Origin: a bacterium
Lineage (GTDB): Bacteria; UBP15; UBA6099; JBFMBQ01
NCBI GenBank assembly: GCA_040755115.1
Contig: JBFMBQ010000512.1
Coordinates: forward strand, 4,515-37,408
DNA: 32,894 nt
Reading direction: 5' to 3'
Below the pieces are notes generated by a model that ran no database searches, was not told where the DNA came from, and worked only from the letters and a program-made list of their open reading frames with translations. Shown in pieces: positions 1-9,607 of the stretch (its first letter is position 1; each line of letters starts with the position of its first letter). A program made the translations under genes and the position numbers.

Positions 1-1
1 G

Positions 2-769
2 ATTGATGTAGAAGGCGTGAAGATAGGCGGCAGGAAGATAGTGATAATTGCGGGACCGTGCTCTGTGGAGAGCCGCTCGCAGATAATGAAGGTAGGCGAA
101 TTGCTCAAGCGGTTGGGTGCGCGGATGATACGCGGCGGCGCCTTCAAGCCGCGCACCTCACCGTATTCGTTTCAGGGGCTTGGCAAAGAGGGGCTGAAAA
201 TCCTGCGGGAGGCGCGCGAAAAATATGATCTCCGAATCGTTACCGAAGTGATGGACCCGCGCGATGTGGAACTCGTCTCCGAGTATGCGGATGTCCTCCA
301 GGTCGGGACGCGCAACATGCAGAACTTCAACTTGCTGAAAGAGGTCGGCGGTGCGCCGCGTCCTGTGCTGCTGAAGCGCGGAATCAGCGCAACGATAGAG
401 GAACTGCTGATGGCGGCTGAATACATCGTCTCGCAGGGCAACAAACAGATAATACTGTGCGAGCGCGGCATACGCACCTTTGAGACCTATACCAGAAACA
501 CACTTGACCTCTCCGCCGTGCCGATACTTAAAAAACTGAGCCACTTCCCCGTGATCGCCGATCCCAGCCACGGCACAGGCAAGAGCGAACTCGTTATCCC
601 GATGGCGAAGGCAGCAATCGCCGCAGGTGCGGACGGCGTGATGGTTGAAGTGCACCCCCGCCCGATGGAGGCAATGAGCGACGGCGAGCAGAGCCTTGAT
701 TTTGAAAACTTCACTGATTTGATGCAGCAGATAAAGAAGATCGTAACGGCTGCGGGGAGAACAATGTAG
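2..769 (+). CDS. aroF: 3-deoxy-7-phosphoheptulonate (DAHP) synthase, type I-beta, 5' end cut by the window edge
   Basis: The frame is open from nt 2 ([10 protein letters not shown]...), so the listed GTG at 17 is probably internal. Motifs [23 protein letters not shown] and ADPSHGTG are typical of I-beta DAHP synthases rather than KDO8P synthase. Confidence 0.85.
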   Translation: MDVEGVKIGGRKIVIIAGPCSVESRSQIMKVGELLKRLGARMIRGGAFKPRTSPYSFQGLGKEGLKILREAREKYDLRIVTEVMDPRDVELVSEYADVLQVGTRNMQNFNLLKEVGGAPRPVLLKRGISATIEELLMAAEYIVSQGNKQIILCERGIRTFETYTRNTLDLSAVPILKKLSHFPVIADPSHGTGKSELVIPMAKAAIAAGADGVMVEVHPRPMEAMSDGEQSLDFENFTDLMQQIKKIVTAAGRTM

Positions 770-863
770 AGAAACATCTTGGGGTGCGACATCACAATGT
801 CGCTGCAAAAGCGTTTACATGTCATCATACTCCAGAACACTTTTCACTTTTGAAAAACTTTTT

Positions 864-2894
864 TCAGGGACGATTAAATAATTCCAATCTGTGTCTCCGA
901 TAAAATTCCTGTATCGTATAAAATGACATCTTTTTTTCCCGGTTGATTGTGAGCAGTCCTTTCAGGTTCATCCATTCCACCGGGTGCGGTTTGCCAGTGA
1001 GCGGCGTCCATTCCATGTGGAAATCGGCGAAAACCCACGGCATTGTCCCGACGATGTATGGTTTCGCGGAAATTATTTCCCAGTGACGCCGGTAAAAATC
1101 ATCCTGAAATTCCTCCGAATAAGAGTGATCGTGATGTGATTCCTTTTTTATTTCATCTATGTGCCTGCCGAGGAGCGCGTCTGCGCCGAACTCGGAGATC
1201 ACGAACGGCTTGCGTAGAAATTTTTTGTGGTATTTATCAAGGAACTTGTCCAAATCCTCTATCTGCCCGTAATACCAGCCGAAATATTCGTTGATTGAAA
1301 CAACATCAACGATACCTGAAACATAATCTACCGGGGTGTAAGGATTCCCGGCGATAGCCACTGTCGTGTAGCGAGTAGGGTCCCATTTTTTGGCGGTCTT
1401 GTTGAGTCTTCTGATAAAATCGCGCGATGGCGGCTCATAAGTGCTGATTTCATTCGCAAGCGACCAGATGATGATGGACGGATGGTTGCGGTCTCGCTCA
1501 ATCATTTCAATGAGTTGCGTTTCGGCAATAGCGGTGATGTCGGGATTGCTCATCTCCGAACTCGTAAGTTGATAAGCGGGTATTTCTTCAGTTGCCGTAA
1601 TGCCAGCCTCGTCAAGCATGTTCAGGAATTCTTCGTCGCACGGATAATGACCGGGACGGATGTGGTTGACGCCGAGTTCCTTGAGTAGACCTATGTCCGT
1701 CTCCATGAACTCCTCCGACTGAACTGGTCCCAAGCCCGGCGCGTCTTCGTGACGATTGATGCCGTAGAGAAAGTGCGGCTTCCCATTCAGATACAACCCG
1801 CCGTCCTGGATTTTGAATTCTCTGAATCCAAAATCAAGGTTGACAGAATCCTTTCCATAATCTGATTTCAATTCTGAGATGAGTTGATAACTCGCAACAT
1901 TCCCTTCAGGTGCGGTGTGCCACAAGGTTATATTCCTGATATTTGCGTGCAATTCCAAAAACTTAATACCTTTCATTGGAATTGTGGCTCTGTAAGATTC
2001 AAACCTTATTTCTCTGCCACCGCCTTTATGCGCTTCGCGGATTACAGCGTTGAGTTCTACAATATTGTCCTTATCACTGTGGTTATAAATTCCGATATAC
2101 GCTGTGAAATCGCCGTCTTTATAAGAGTTTATCGGGACAGCGCGGACATCGGCTTTAAAAATAAAAACCGGTGAGACAGTTTCAATATAAACATCGCGGT
2201 TGATGCCGCCCCAGGGATACCAGCCATGATGGTCGGTGTGAAATAATGTCGGTGCAGCCGGCACGGTCTTCCCGCTGATGCGGTTGTCAATGCGGACGAC
2301 GAGCCAATTCTCATTATCTTCCCACATTTCGGGTTTTATCTCGTAGTATGCGGGTGTGTATCCTCCGGAGTGTCCGCCGAGGCGGCGCCCGTTGAACCAG
2401 ACTTCTGATTCAAGGAACGCTGCGCCGATCCTGATTATAGCGAGTTTATCGTTTATGTCTGAAAGTTTCCCGACTTTCCTCGCATACCATGCGTCACCTT
2501 TATAGCGGAATAAATCAGGGAAAATCGCATTCCAGGAACCCGGAACTGTGCTTATGCGCCAGTCTTCCCGCGTGTGTTCCGGCTTGAACCACCCTTCACT
2601 AACGCCGTTATCTTCAGGATCTGTCTGAAAAAGCCACTCTCCGTCCAGACCGATCCTTTCAGTTCTGCTGCCGGAGCGGCTTTTGAAATCCGAAGGATAA
2701 GGGAGACCATTCTGCATCAGATATAGTTCGTAGTCAGTCTCGCTGATTATCCCTTTGATTGTATCTTCATCGGCAAGAACGCCGACGGCAGTTATGAATG
2801 AAAAAAGACCTGACAATAAGATGATTAGAAGTGGAATTTTTATAAAACGCCTTCTGCGCAACGCATAGCGAGTGATGTATAAAATTTTATTCAT
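864..2894 (-). CDS. Glycoside hydrolase family 2 (beta-galactosidase/beta-glucuronidase-like), secreted or membrane-anchored
   Basis: NHPSIIIWSLANE (acid/base Glu region) and VISEFGAD (nucleophile region) are GH2 signatures. I place the start at ATG 2894 (MNKILYITRY... plus a hydrophobic anchor). The upstream 32 codons of the ORF read through a REP-like palindrome. Confidence 0.85.
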   Translation of the reverse strand: MNKILYITRYALRRRRFIKIPLLIILLSGLFSFITAVGVLADEDTIKGIISETDYELYLMQNGLPYPSDFKSRSGSRTERIGLDGEWLFQTDPEDNGVSEGWFKPEHTREDWRISTVPGSWNAIFPDLFRYKGDAWYARKVGKLSDINDKLAIIRIGAAFLESEVWFNGRRLGGHSGGYTPAYYEIKPEMWEDNENWLVVRIDNRISGKTVPAAPTLFHTDHHGWYPWGGINRDVYIETVSPVFIFKADVRAVPINSYKDGDFTAYIGIYNHSDKDNIVELNAVIREAHKGGGREIRFESYRATIPMKGIKFLELHANIRNITLWHTAPEGNVASYQLISELKSDYGKDSVNLDFGFREFKIQDGGLYLNGKPHFLYGINRHEDAPGLGPVQSEEFMETDIGLLKELGVNHIRPGHYPCDEEFLNMLDEAGITATEEIPAYQLTSSEMSNPDITAIAETQLIEMIERDRNHPSIIIWSLANEISTYEPPSRDFIRRLNKTAKKWDPTRYTTVAIAGNPYTPVDYVSGIVDVVSINEYFGWYYGQIEDLDKFLDKYHKKFLRKPFVISEFGADALLGRHIDEIKKESHHDHSYSEEFQDDFYRRHWEIISAKPYIVGTMPWVFADFHMEWTPLTGKPHPVEWMNLKGLLTINREKKMSFYTIQEFYRRHRLELFNRP

Positions 2895-2907
2895 GATACC
2901 ATAGATA

Positions 2908-2989
2908 TGTAGGGTGCGATTTCCACATCGCGCCTTGTGGCACCCCCAAACGAGTTTGGGGGTGGCACATACGGATATGCCGCCCTGCA
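2908..2989. repeat. Composite REP-like GC-rich palindromic element (TGTAGGG...CCCTGCA ends, central 11-bp-stem hairpin)
   Basis: tgtagggtgcgatttccacatcgcgcc + cacccccaaac-ga-gtttgggggtg + ggcacatacggatatgccgccctgca. The arms resemble the units at 5689-5718, 17367-17393 and 27727-27787. Confidence 0.7.
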
Positions 2990-3014
2990 AAATATAATTT
3001 CAACGCCCCCACAC

Positions 3015-5486
3015 CTATTTAAAATTGATTGTGATCTCATCCCCCGTATATGTAACGATTCGGTCGGGTTTTTCTACCGCCTGGACTCCAACGCCGCGGT
3101 TTTCGGTAACCAATATGATGTTGAAGGTTCTTTTTGTCAGCATGCCGGGGAATGAACCTATGCGTTGACCGATGGTAAGTGATCGGGCTGATTCGTTCCA
3201 CTTCAACGGTATGATGGAATAGACACCTTTTTCGTAATTGTAATTGTCGCCCTCGTCCTCGTATATGATGAAGTCTGCGTCGGCGCCCGGATAGATGCGC
3301 AACTCTATCGGATCGGCTGGCTTTTCCGCCGCATACTGGAGTTCAGGTCCCATAGGAATAATAGAACCGCCCTTCACATAGAGCGGCATAATGTCTATCG
3401 GTGCAGGCGCTTCAATCGTCTGTCCGCCAGCAAAGAACTTTCCTGTCCAGAAATCATACCAGCCGGCTGCCGCTTCTGGTAAATATACGCTGCGGCTCCT
3501 TATCTCTTTATTGATGATTATTCTCCCGTCTATCTTCGCATCATGTTTTTCCTTCAGCATTTTCTGTGAAGGCGTCAGCCGTTCAATATGATACATCGGT
3601 TTCGTAACAGGATTTACAAGTATTGCAGGACCGAACATGAACTGGTCATCGATGCCGAGTATGTTTGGATCGCTTCTGAAATCAAACGGCAGTCCCCTCA
3701 TAATCGTGTAGCCTTCACTCGTAACCTTCCACGCCAGCGAATATATATACGGCAGCATGCGGTAGCGCAGGATGTCAAATTTTTCAAGCGTGTCATAAGC
3801 CCATGTTTTCGGCTCGCCGAATTGCCAGATTTCCCGCGGCGTGCTTGACCCGTGTGAACGGAAAATCGGGCAGAATGCGCCGTATTGAAACCACCTCACA
3901 TACAATTCACGAAATTCGTCATTTTTGCGTCCGCTCCCGTATTTTACGGTAAATCCTCCTATGTCCGTCGTCCAGTAAGGAATCCCCGCCATGCTGAAAT
4001 TCAACCCAGCGGAAATCTGTTTCCTGAATACATCCCAGGTGGATAAAATATCTCCCGACCAGGTTACCGCCGCATGCCGCTGCTGACCTGCAAACGCTGA
4101 ACGCGCAAGAATAAAAACGCGCTTGTCCGATGTGGTTTCACGCTGCCCTTCATAGACACCTTTAGTCGTCATCAGCGAATACGCATTCAAATATCTTGCC
4201 GTTGAACCAAGCGCAGTTCGTTCAGCGCTCTTCATCATTTCTATCGTATGCTCTTGTGTCAGCGCATGGTCAAATTCCGGCTCGGTTACATCCAACCACC
4301 AGGCATCCATCCCCTTTGAGAAAAATCCCTTCTTGATATGATCCCAGTAAATTTTTCGTGCATCGCCGTTGAAAGCGTCGTAAGTGTAACTGCCGTGACT
4401 GTCGGGGACGGAATAAAGATAACCCTTGTTTTTCATTTCCTTATATATCGGAGTTTCAGGTCCGAACTTCGTCCAGACGGAAATCATCACATGCAAGTGG
4501 TATTTCTCATGCAGTTCGCGGATCATACCTTCAGGATCGGGGAAATTTTTTCTGTCAAAATCCATAGCATTCCAGCCGAGGTCGCCCCAGTATTGCCAGT
4601 CCTGCACAATGCTGTCCAGAGGAAGTCGCCGCTCCCTGTATTCCTTTGCGACACCTGTCAATTCATCCTGCGTTTTATATCTTTCCTTACACTGCCAGTA
4701 TCCGTAAGCCCATTTCCCGAACATCGGCGCATATCCCGTGAGTTCCCTGTAGCCGGCAATTATGTCGTCCGCATCAGGTCCATAGATGAAGTAATAATCA
4801 ATGGCATCCGCTACCTCCGACCAGAAATAAGTCCCGTCTTCACCGTCATGAAATTTTGTTAATGAATAGTTGTCCCACAGTATGCCGTACCCGTTCGTTG
4901 AAAGCAGAAATGGAACGACGGCGACCGTATTCGCCTGTGCGAGCAGGACATCGTGTCCGCGGTAATTCATTATCCCCTCCTGATATTGCCCCAACCCATA
5001 AAGCCCTTCATCTGCGGATAAAACGAAACTCTGTTCTGCATGATAAACATCTTCACCAAGGACATCGGCTTCGGTCATTGTTTTTCCGCCCGCTGCCGGC
5101 TCCCGCAGGACGACAACACCGTCCTCGTAGTAGAAAGTTATCGCGCCGGTTTTCATTGATACTTCTGCCTGAATCTTGTTAGTTGTAAGTGATACGAAGT
5201 CTTTGTCTTCCTTCAAGTCCCATTTCACTGAAGGGCGAGGTTTATCAACAATCATCAGGCTTTTTCTCTCAGGAAATTTATCTATGGGAGTATAAACAAT
5301 GTGCAGGATATTCTCAGCGCAGACCTCTATTTTCATTTTCCCTGGCTGCATTTTCAAAATCAGTCCATTTTCAGCGCGCTCGTATTCGCTCACCGGTATC
5401 GCCTCACCACAGCAGACAGGAATCATAGCCAACAACAGAAAGGGGACTGCTTTACAAAATTGTTTTAATCTTATTATAGTTTTCAA
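3015..5486 (-). CDS. Glycoside hydrolase family 31 (alpha-glucosidase/alpha-xylosidase-like), secreted
   Basis: KWAYGYWQCKERYKTQDEL, VQDWQYW, WWLDVTEPE and TTDIGGF are GH31 catalytic-domain motifs. The N-terminus has a signal-like segment (KAVPFLLLAMIPVCCGE). The start is TTG at 5486 and is uncertain. Confidence 0.85.
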   Translation of the reverse strand: MKTIIRLKQFCKAVPFLLLAMIPVCCGEAIPVSEYERAENGLILKMQPGKMKIEVCAENILHIVYTPIDKFPERKSLMIVDKPRPSVKWDLKEDKDFVSLTTNKIQAEVSMKTGAITFYYEDGVVVLREPAAGGKTMTEADVLGEDVYHAEQSFVLSADEGLYGLGQYQEGIMNYRGHDVLLAQANTVAVVPFLLSTNGYGILWDNYSLTKFHDGEDGTYFWSEVADAIDYYFIYGPDADDIIAGYRELTGYAPMFGKWAYGYWQCKERYKTQDELTGVAKEYRERRLPLDSIVQDWQYWGDLGWNAMDFDRKNFPDPEGMIRELHEKYHLHVMISVWTKFGPETPIYKEMKNKGYLYSVPDSHGSYTYDAFNGDARKIYWDHIKKGFFSKGMDAWWLDVTEPEFDHALTQEHTIEMMKSAERTALGSTARYLNAYSLMTTKGVYEGQRETTSDKRVFILARSAFAGQQRHAAVTWSGDILSTWDVFRKQISAGLNFSMAGIPYWTTDIGGFTVKYGSGRKNDEFRELYVRWFQYGAFCPIFRSHGSSTPREIWQFGEPKTWAYDTLEKFDILRYRMLPYIYSLAWKVTSEGYTIMRGLPFDFRSDPNILGIDDQFMFGPAILVNPVTKPMYHIERLTPSQKMLKEKHDAKIDGRIIINKEIRSRSVYLPEAAAGWYDFWTGKFFAGGQTIEAPAPIDIMPLYVKGGSIIPMGPELQYAAEKPADPIELRIYPGADADFIIYEDEGDNYNYEKGVYSIIPLKWNESARSLTIGQRIGSFPGMLTKRTFNIILVTENRGVGVQAVEKPDRIVTYTGDEITINFK

Positions 5487-5501
5487 TGGTTTAACTTTGA
5501 T

Positions 5502-5529
5502 ATTATATAGAGGCTTCCTTATTTTTCAA
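5502..5529 (-). promoter_or_regulatory. Candidate sigma70-type promoter upstream of the GH31 gene
   Basis: The minus strand reads TTGAAA-N16-TATAAT. It would give a very short leader before the TTG start, so confidence is low. Confidence 0.3.
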
Positions 5530-5571
5530 CAATTAATACCGAGTTGCAATCAAACGATTACTAACAAATGT

Positions 5572-5610
5572 AAAAAAATGAGATTGCCACGGCGCTGCGC
5601 GCCTCGCAAT
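5572..5610 (-). terminator. Rho-independent terminator-like hairpin downstream of the 213-aa ORF
   Basis: The minus strand reads attgcgaggcgc-gca-gcgccgtggcaat followed by ctcattttttt. It is a GC-rich imperfect palindrome followed by a T7 run. Confidence 0.55.
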
Positions 5611-5688
5611 GACAGTTTTTGAACGCACCTTAGTATAAAAAACATGATGTTGTTAATAATTTTTTCATCATTTCATGGCAATAAATAA

Positions 5689-5718
5689 TGTAGGGGCGCA
5701 TGGCAGTGCGTCCCTACA
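5689..5718. repeat. REP-like palindrome, single unit (TGTAGGGGCGCA...TGCGTCCCTACA)
   Basis: tgtaggggcgcatggcagtgcgtccctaca. It has the same TGTAGGG/CCCTACA termini as the other three loci. Confidence 0.7.
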
Positions 5719-5787
5719 TCTGTGTAATATATAGATTATCTTTTATCGCTGAAAGTTATTAATTTAAGAATTGCATAATATCTAATA

Positions 5788-6429
5788 TCACTTGAGTATA
5801 AACTCACCAATCAATTTCTCAGCATAATCAGATGATGCACCCAATTTCATTAATGTTTCTTTTATTCTATCTATATTATGTTTACTCTTTATATCGGTGT
5901 CTTTCTCCATCAATTTCATCATATCCAATTCATCTTGCTTTGTCTGGATCGCACTTCTGTCTGGCGACATAATTGATGATATTTTTACGGCTATCAGATT
6001 ATTTTTTTCTAAATAGTAGATCTTCTCATCGCCCAATTTATCTGCGACTTTATTATCCAGAAGAAAATGTTGCTCTGGCATAATTTCTAATAAATGCAGA
6101 TTCACTTTACCATATATAACTTGAGCGGCAGTGCTGGAATACTCATTAATTACTGCTCCTGAAGTTCTGAACCTGTCAATGAGTTTCTCATAATATCCCT
6201 TGCGTATCATCAAATCAATATCAGCGGTTGCCCTCGGAGTTGTATAATAACTCACAGCCCAGGCGCCAATGACCACATAATTATCGCCAATGGTATCATT
6301 AACAATACCAATTGCGCTCTTGTATGAAGCCCCATTAACTTCCATCAACATATCAACCATTTCAGATGGTGACATTCCATCTATGATAAAATCGGCATAT
6401 TCATGAGTTAAGTTTTTTACTTTCAGCAC
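5788..6429 (-). CDS. Hypothetical protein, possible nucleotidyltransferase-fold (MNT/AbiEii-like) protein
   Basis: The ORF is AT-rich. The segment VVIGAWAVSYYTTPRATADIDLMI resembles the G-x-A-x(n)-R-x-T-x-D-x-D signature of minimal nucleotidyltransferases. The GTG start is uncertain and the function call is weak. Confidence 0.4.
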   Translation of the reverse strand: MLKVKNLTHEYADFIIDGMSPSEMVDMLMEVNGASYKSAIGIVNDTIGDNYVVIGAWAVSYYTTPRATADIDLMIRKGYYEKLIDRFRTSGAVINEYSSTAAQVIYGKVNLHLLEIMPEQHFLLDNKVADKLGDEKIYYLEKNNLIAVKISSIMSPDRSAIQTKQDELDMMKLMEKDTDIKSKHNIDRIKETLMKLGASSDYAEKLIGEFILK

Positions 6430-6482
6430 GAATTGTCCCGAACATTAATTGGCAATCATTTTTCGTATAAATTCTACTGTAA

Positions 6483-6510
6483 ATTATAGCCGGTGCTCTA
6501 CAAACATCAA
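6483..6510 (-). promoter_or_regulatory. Candidate sigma70-type promoter for the 213-aa ORF
   Basis: The minus strand reads TTGATG-N16-TATAAT, about 50 nt upstream of the ORF start. Confidence 0.4.
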
Positions 6511-6524
6511 GGAAAATAAAAAAA

Positions 6525-6589
6525 CCCGGCAGCGTCTGACTCTCCCACAGGGTCGCCCCTGAAGTACCATTATGCGCTGGAGGGCTTAA
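6525..6589 (-). pseudogene. 5S rRNA fragment (3' ~65 nt only), a duplicate of the 3' part of the intact 5S at 7227-7342
   Basis: cccggcagcgtctgactctcccacagggtcgcccctgaagtaccattatgcgctggagggcttaa matches 7227-7290 except for one substitution and a small indel. The preceding aaataaaaaaa is shared too. Similarity stops abruptly at 6590. Confidence 0.85.
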
Positions 6590-6692
6590 AACAGATGATG
6601 ACAGGGAAGAAATTGAGAGGATCTACGGCATAAAATGATGAATACCTCTATCATTACAAGTGCAATAACTCCACGACTTCATTTCTTCGGCA

Positions 6693-6914
6693 CTATCGCG
6701 CAATCTGGTAAATTACTGGCTTATACCTGGGTGGAGGTATAGATTTGCCCGCCGCACGGGCAGCTTCAATCCAAGCCTTCTTGGCGATTTCCAGTTCCGT
6801 CAGAGCGCGCTCAGGTGTTTCACCAAACGCAGAGCAGGCATCCAAATCCGGAATATCGGCGATGTATCCACCGTCCTCCTTACTGTAGAAGATGTTGATG
6901 TGATAATCGCTCAT
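6693..6914 (-). CDS. hicB: HicB family antitoxin
   Basis: A 73-aa protein starting MSDYHINIFYSKEDGGYIADIPDLDACSAFGETPERAL, typical of the UPF0150/HicB N-terminal fold. Its start lies 2 nt after the hicA stop. Confidence 0.8.
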   Translation of the reverse strand: MSDYHINIFYSKEDGGYIADIPDLDACSAFGETPERALTELEIAKKAWIEAARAAGKSIPPPRYKPVIYQIAR

Positions 6915-6916
6915 AG

Positions 6917-7168
6917 TTAGTCCTCCAGGCGAAGATTATATCTTTCAACCAATCGTAAAACCTGACGAAGTTGATAGGGTTTCGCCTCACCCTTTACTTC
7001 CTGAAGATTGACCTGCTCTTGGATTCCATTATGAATGAAGATGTGGTGGCTGCCGCTAATGCGGTCAAGTTTGAAACCGAATCCTTCAAGCAGGTTAACA
7101 GCGTCTTTGAAAGATACATTTTTGAACGAGCCTTTTGCGAGTTTCTTTACAAGTTTATCACGGCGCAT
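6917..7168 (-). CDS. hicA: HicA family mRNA-interferase toxin
   Basis: An 83-aa protein with the GSHHIF motif and the size and charge typical of the HicA/YcfA family. It lies upstream of hicB in the canonical toxin-first order. An extended -10-like TGGTATACT sits at 7183-7191 on the minus strand. Confidence 0.8.
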   Translation of the reverse strand: MRRDKLVKKLAKGSFKNVSFKDAVNLLEGFGFKLDRISGSHHIFIHNGIQEQVNLQEVKGEAKPYQLRQVLRLVERYNLRLED

Positions 7169-7226
7169 ACTTAGATTATTTTAGTATACCAATTTTTATA
7201 ACATCCTTATAGTATAAATAAAAAAA

Positions 7227-7342
<116 letters not shown>

Positions 7343-7351
7343 AAAATTATT

Positions 7352-7759
7352 TTATTTTTCTTTCAAAGATCGCAAAGAGAGCAACTCTACCATTGGCATA
7401 TCTGGCGATAAAGGATTGGGCATTAAGGTTTTAGTTTTTGGATCAACGATAAAGTCTAAGGCTTCTAAAACTACCTGCCCTACAAGAGGTTGTGAACCCT
7501 CCGCCTCTGCCAATACCTCAAAAATGCCTTTTCGCCCTTTAATCTCAAGGGCTATCGCTCCATACACATATTTCTTTTCTCTCTTGTTATTTGCATATCT
7601 AACCGTTGCTTCTCTTATCTTTTTTAGTCCTAATTCATACACGAGATTTTGAGGCAATGTCATCAGCGTTGCGCCGGTATCAATGACCGCATCAACTTTA
7701 ATTGATTTTTTACCGTCAAATATGTTTGATAGTTTTACCTTCTCAATTACTTTTCCCAT
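7352..7759 (-). CDS. Retropepsin-like (clan AA) aspartic protease, encoded inside the 23S-5S spacer
   Basis: A 135-aa protein with the active-site motif VIDTGAT (D27-T-G-A) in a small single-domain protein. It is on the same strand as the rRNAs. Its stop codon lies 9 nt before the 5S 5' end. Confidence 0.7.
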   Translation of the reverse strand: MGKVIEKVKLSNIFDGKKSIKVDAVIDTGATLMTLPQNLVYELGLKKIREATVRYANNKREKKYVYGAIALEIKGRKGIFEVLAEAEGSQPLVGQVVLEALDFIVDPKTKTLMPNPLSPDMPMVELLSLRSLKEK

Positions 7760-8215
7760 ATTCTATGAATTTTCTCTAATATTTTTTTAACTCTTTCTGT
7801 TTTCCCATCCATTATATCCGCTTTCTTTCAGTTATTGTGAATTCACCTCCTTTCTGTTGTTTTTTCAGCAACTCTTCACAAGTGCACAGGCGAGAAGCGG
7901 AAAGCAGATATAATTAACTAATGATTACAAAAGGGTCAAGCGATTGACCAATTAGTACCGGTCTGCTCAACGCATTACTGCGCTTACACACCCGGCCTAT
8001 CAACCTGATAATCTTTCAGGGGTCTCTCGCATCTTGCGATGCATGGAGATCTCTTCTTGGGATGGGTTTCGCACTTAGATGCTTTCAGTGCTTATCCCGA
8101 CCGGACATGGCTACCCTGCAATGCCGCTGGCGCGACAACAGGTACACCAGAGGTCCGTCCATCCAGGTCCTCTCGTACTATGGACAGACTCCCTCAAATC
8201 TCCAGCGCCCACGAA

Positions 8216-8300
<85 letters not shown>

Positions 8301-8303
8301 GTC

Positions 8304-8391
<88 letters not shown>

Positions 8392-8568
8392 GGTAACTTT
8401 TATCCATTGAGCGATGGCCCTTCCACGCAGCGCCACCGGATCACTAGGTCCTGCTTTCGCATCTGCTCGACCCGTCGGTCTCACAGTCAAGCACCCTTAT
8501 GCCCTTACACTCAACGCACGATTTCCGACCGTGCTGAGGGTACCTTTGAATGCCTCCGTTACAGTTTG

Positions 8569-8601
<33 letters not shown>

Positions 8602-8822
8602 ACACTGTTCCCCCGCCGGCTAACGGCGCAGGGTTAGAACTCCGACTTACCCAGGGTGGTATTTCAAGGTTGGCTCCAGGGGACCTGACGACCCCCCTTC
8701 AAAGCCTCCCACCTATCCTACACAGGACAAACCAAAGTTCAGTGCCAGGCTACAGTAAAGCTCCACGGGGTCTTTCCGTCCTTTCGTGGGTAACCCGCAT
8801 CTTCACGGGTAGTGCAGTTTCG

Positions 8823-8901
<79 letters not shown>

Positions 8902-9604
8902 CTAATCTGTTACTTTGTAACTCTGGTTTCCCAGAGCGGACTGGTCATTTCTGCCAGTCTCCCTGTGTCGCCACAGGGTACGGACTGTATCTTCACCCTT
9001 TCAGGATGTCCGGCGTTCAGTCTCTGAGGATGCTAAAAACCGTGATATTTTTCTCCTGTTCATAGTTTGGGCGATTTCGGCTATCTCCTTAATACCTTCC
9101 AATGTCTGATGCTTACCTTCTTTCATCATCTTAACAACCCGTACAAACTTCTGAAAATCATCCTTCTTCGCGGTTCGCAATGGATTTTCCAAGAAAAAAG
9201 GAATTATCTTGTCCTGCAAATCTTTCAAACTGCGGACGCAATACCTATAAAGGTGTTCTTTATGAGTATCATGTCTACGGTTTATAAAGATATTCCCACA
9301 ACTAAAAAATTCTTTAAGTAATTCTAAAGATTGCCGACTTTTTTCGCCCTGTGTAACTACAAACTCGGGAAATACCTGCCAGCCTATAGATGTTGAAGCC
9401 TTCTGAATTGTTACAGAAAAGCATCCCTCTCCATCTATAAAGCCAACTATCCAGCCTGTGGTTTTTAGCCTTTCCTGCTGATTGTCTGCACCCATCACAT
9501 TGTTACCTCAAAATTTTTCAAGGTAGTGTGGGATACTAACCAGATGTTCCAGCATACAGCCGGATGCGCTTATATCATTATTGATATAAAGGGCAACTTA
9601 TGTT
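8902..9604 (-). mobile_element. Group I intron in 23S rRNA at the position equivalent to E. coli U1931 (L1931)
   Basis: A 703-nt insertion between ...AACGGTCCTAAGGT and AGCGAAATTCC.... The 5' exon ends in U and the intron ends in G. Core elements: P-like GGCTGTATGCTGGAA (9547-9561), Q-like AATCAGCAGG (9474-9483), R-like TCAGAGACTGAA (9016-9027) and S-like AAGATACAGTCC (8982-8993). Confidence 0.85.
9001..9498 (-). CDS. LAGLIDADG homing endonuclease (single-motif type) encoded in the L1931 intron
   Basis: A 165-aa protein with the motif WIVGFIDGEGCF. It is AT-rich relative to the rRNA exons. Its 5' end overlaps the Q element and its 3' end overlaps the R element of the intron. Confidence 0.85.
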   Translation of the reverse strand: MMGADNQQERLKTTGWIVGFIDGEGCFSVTIQKASTSIGWQVFPEFVVTQGEKSRQSLELLKEFFSCGNIFINRRHDTHKEHLYRYCVRSLKDLQDKIIPFFLENPLRTAKKDDFQKFVRVVKMMKEGKHQTLEGIKEIAEIAQTMNRRKISRFLASSETERRTS

Positions 9605-9607
9605 ACC

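Noticed and set aside
786-803. The hairpin gcgacat-caca-atgtcgc as the terminator between the convergent aroF and GH2 genes
   Set aside because: No T-run follows it on either strand. It matches the GCGACA...TGTCGC palindrome family, so I treat it as a repeat copy rather than a supported terminator.
2895-2990. N-terminal 32 codons of the listed 708-aa GH2 ORF (MQGGISVCATPKLVWGCHKARCGNRTLHIYGI)
   Set aside because: This stretch is the translation of the REP-like palindromic element. The ATG at 2894 gives a normal basic-plus-hydrophobic N-terminus.
7843-7855. The plus-strand TCACCTCCTTTCT is identical to the 3' tail of bacterial 16S rRNA, so it could be a 16S remnant
   Set aside because: The sequence upstream of it (7790-7842) has no resemblance to the conserved 16S 3' region (GTAACAAGGTAGCCGTA...). 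It is better read as an SD-like element on the minus strand. I kept it only as a note under the spacer finding.
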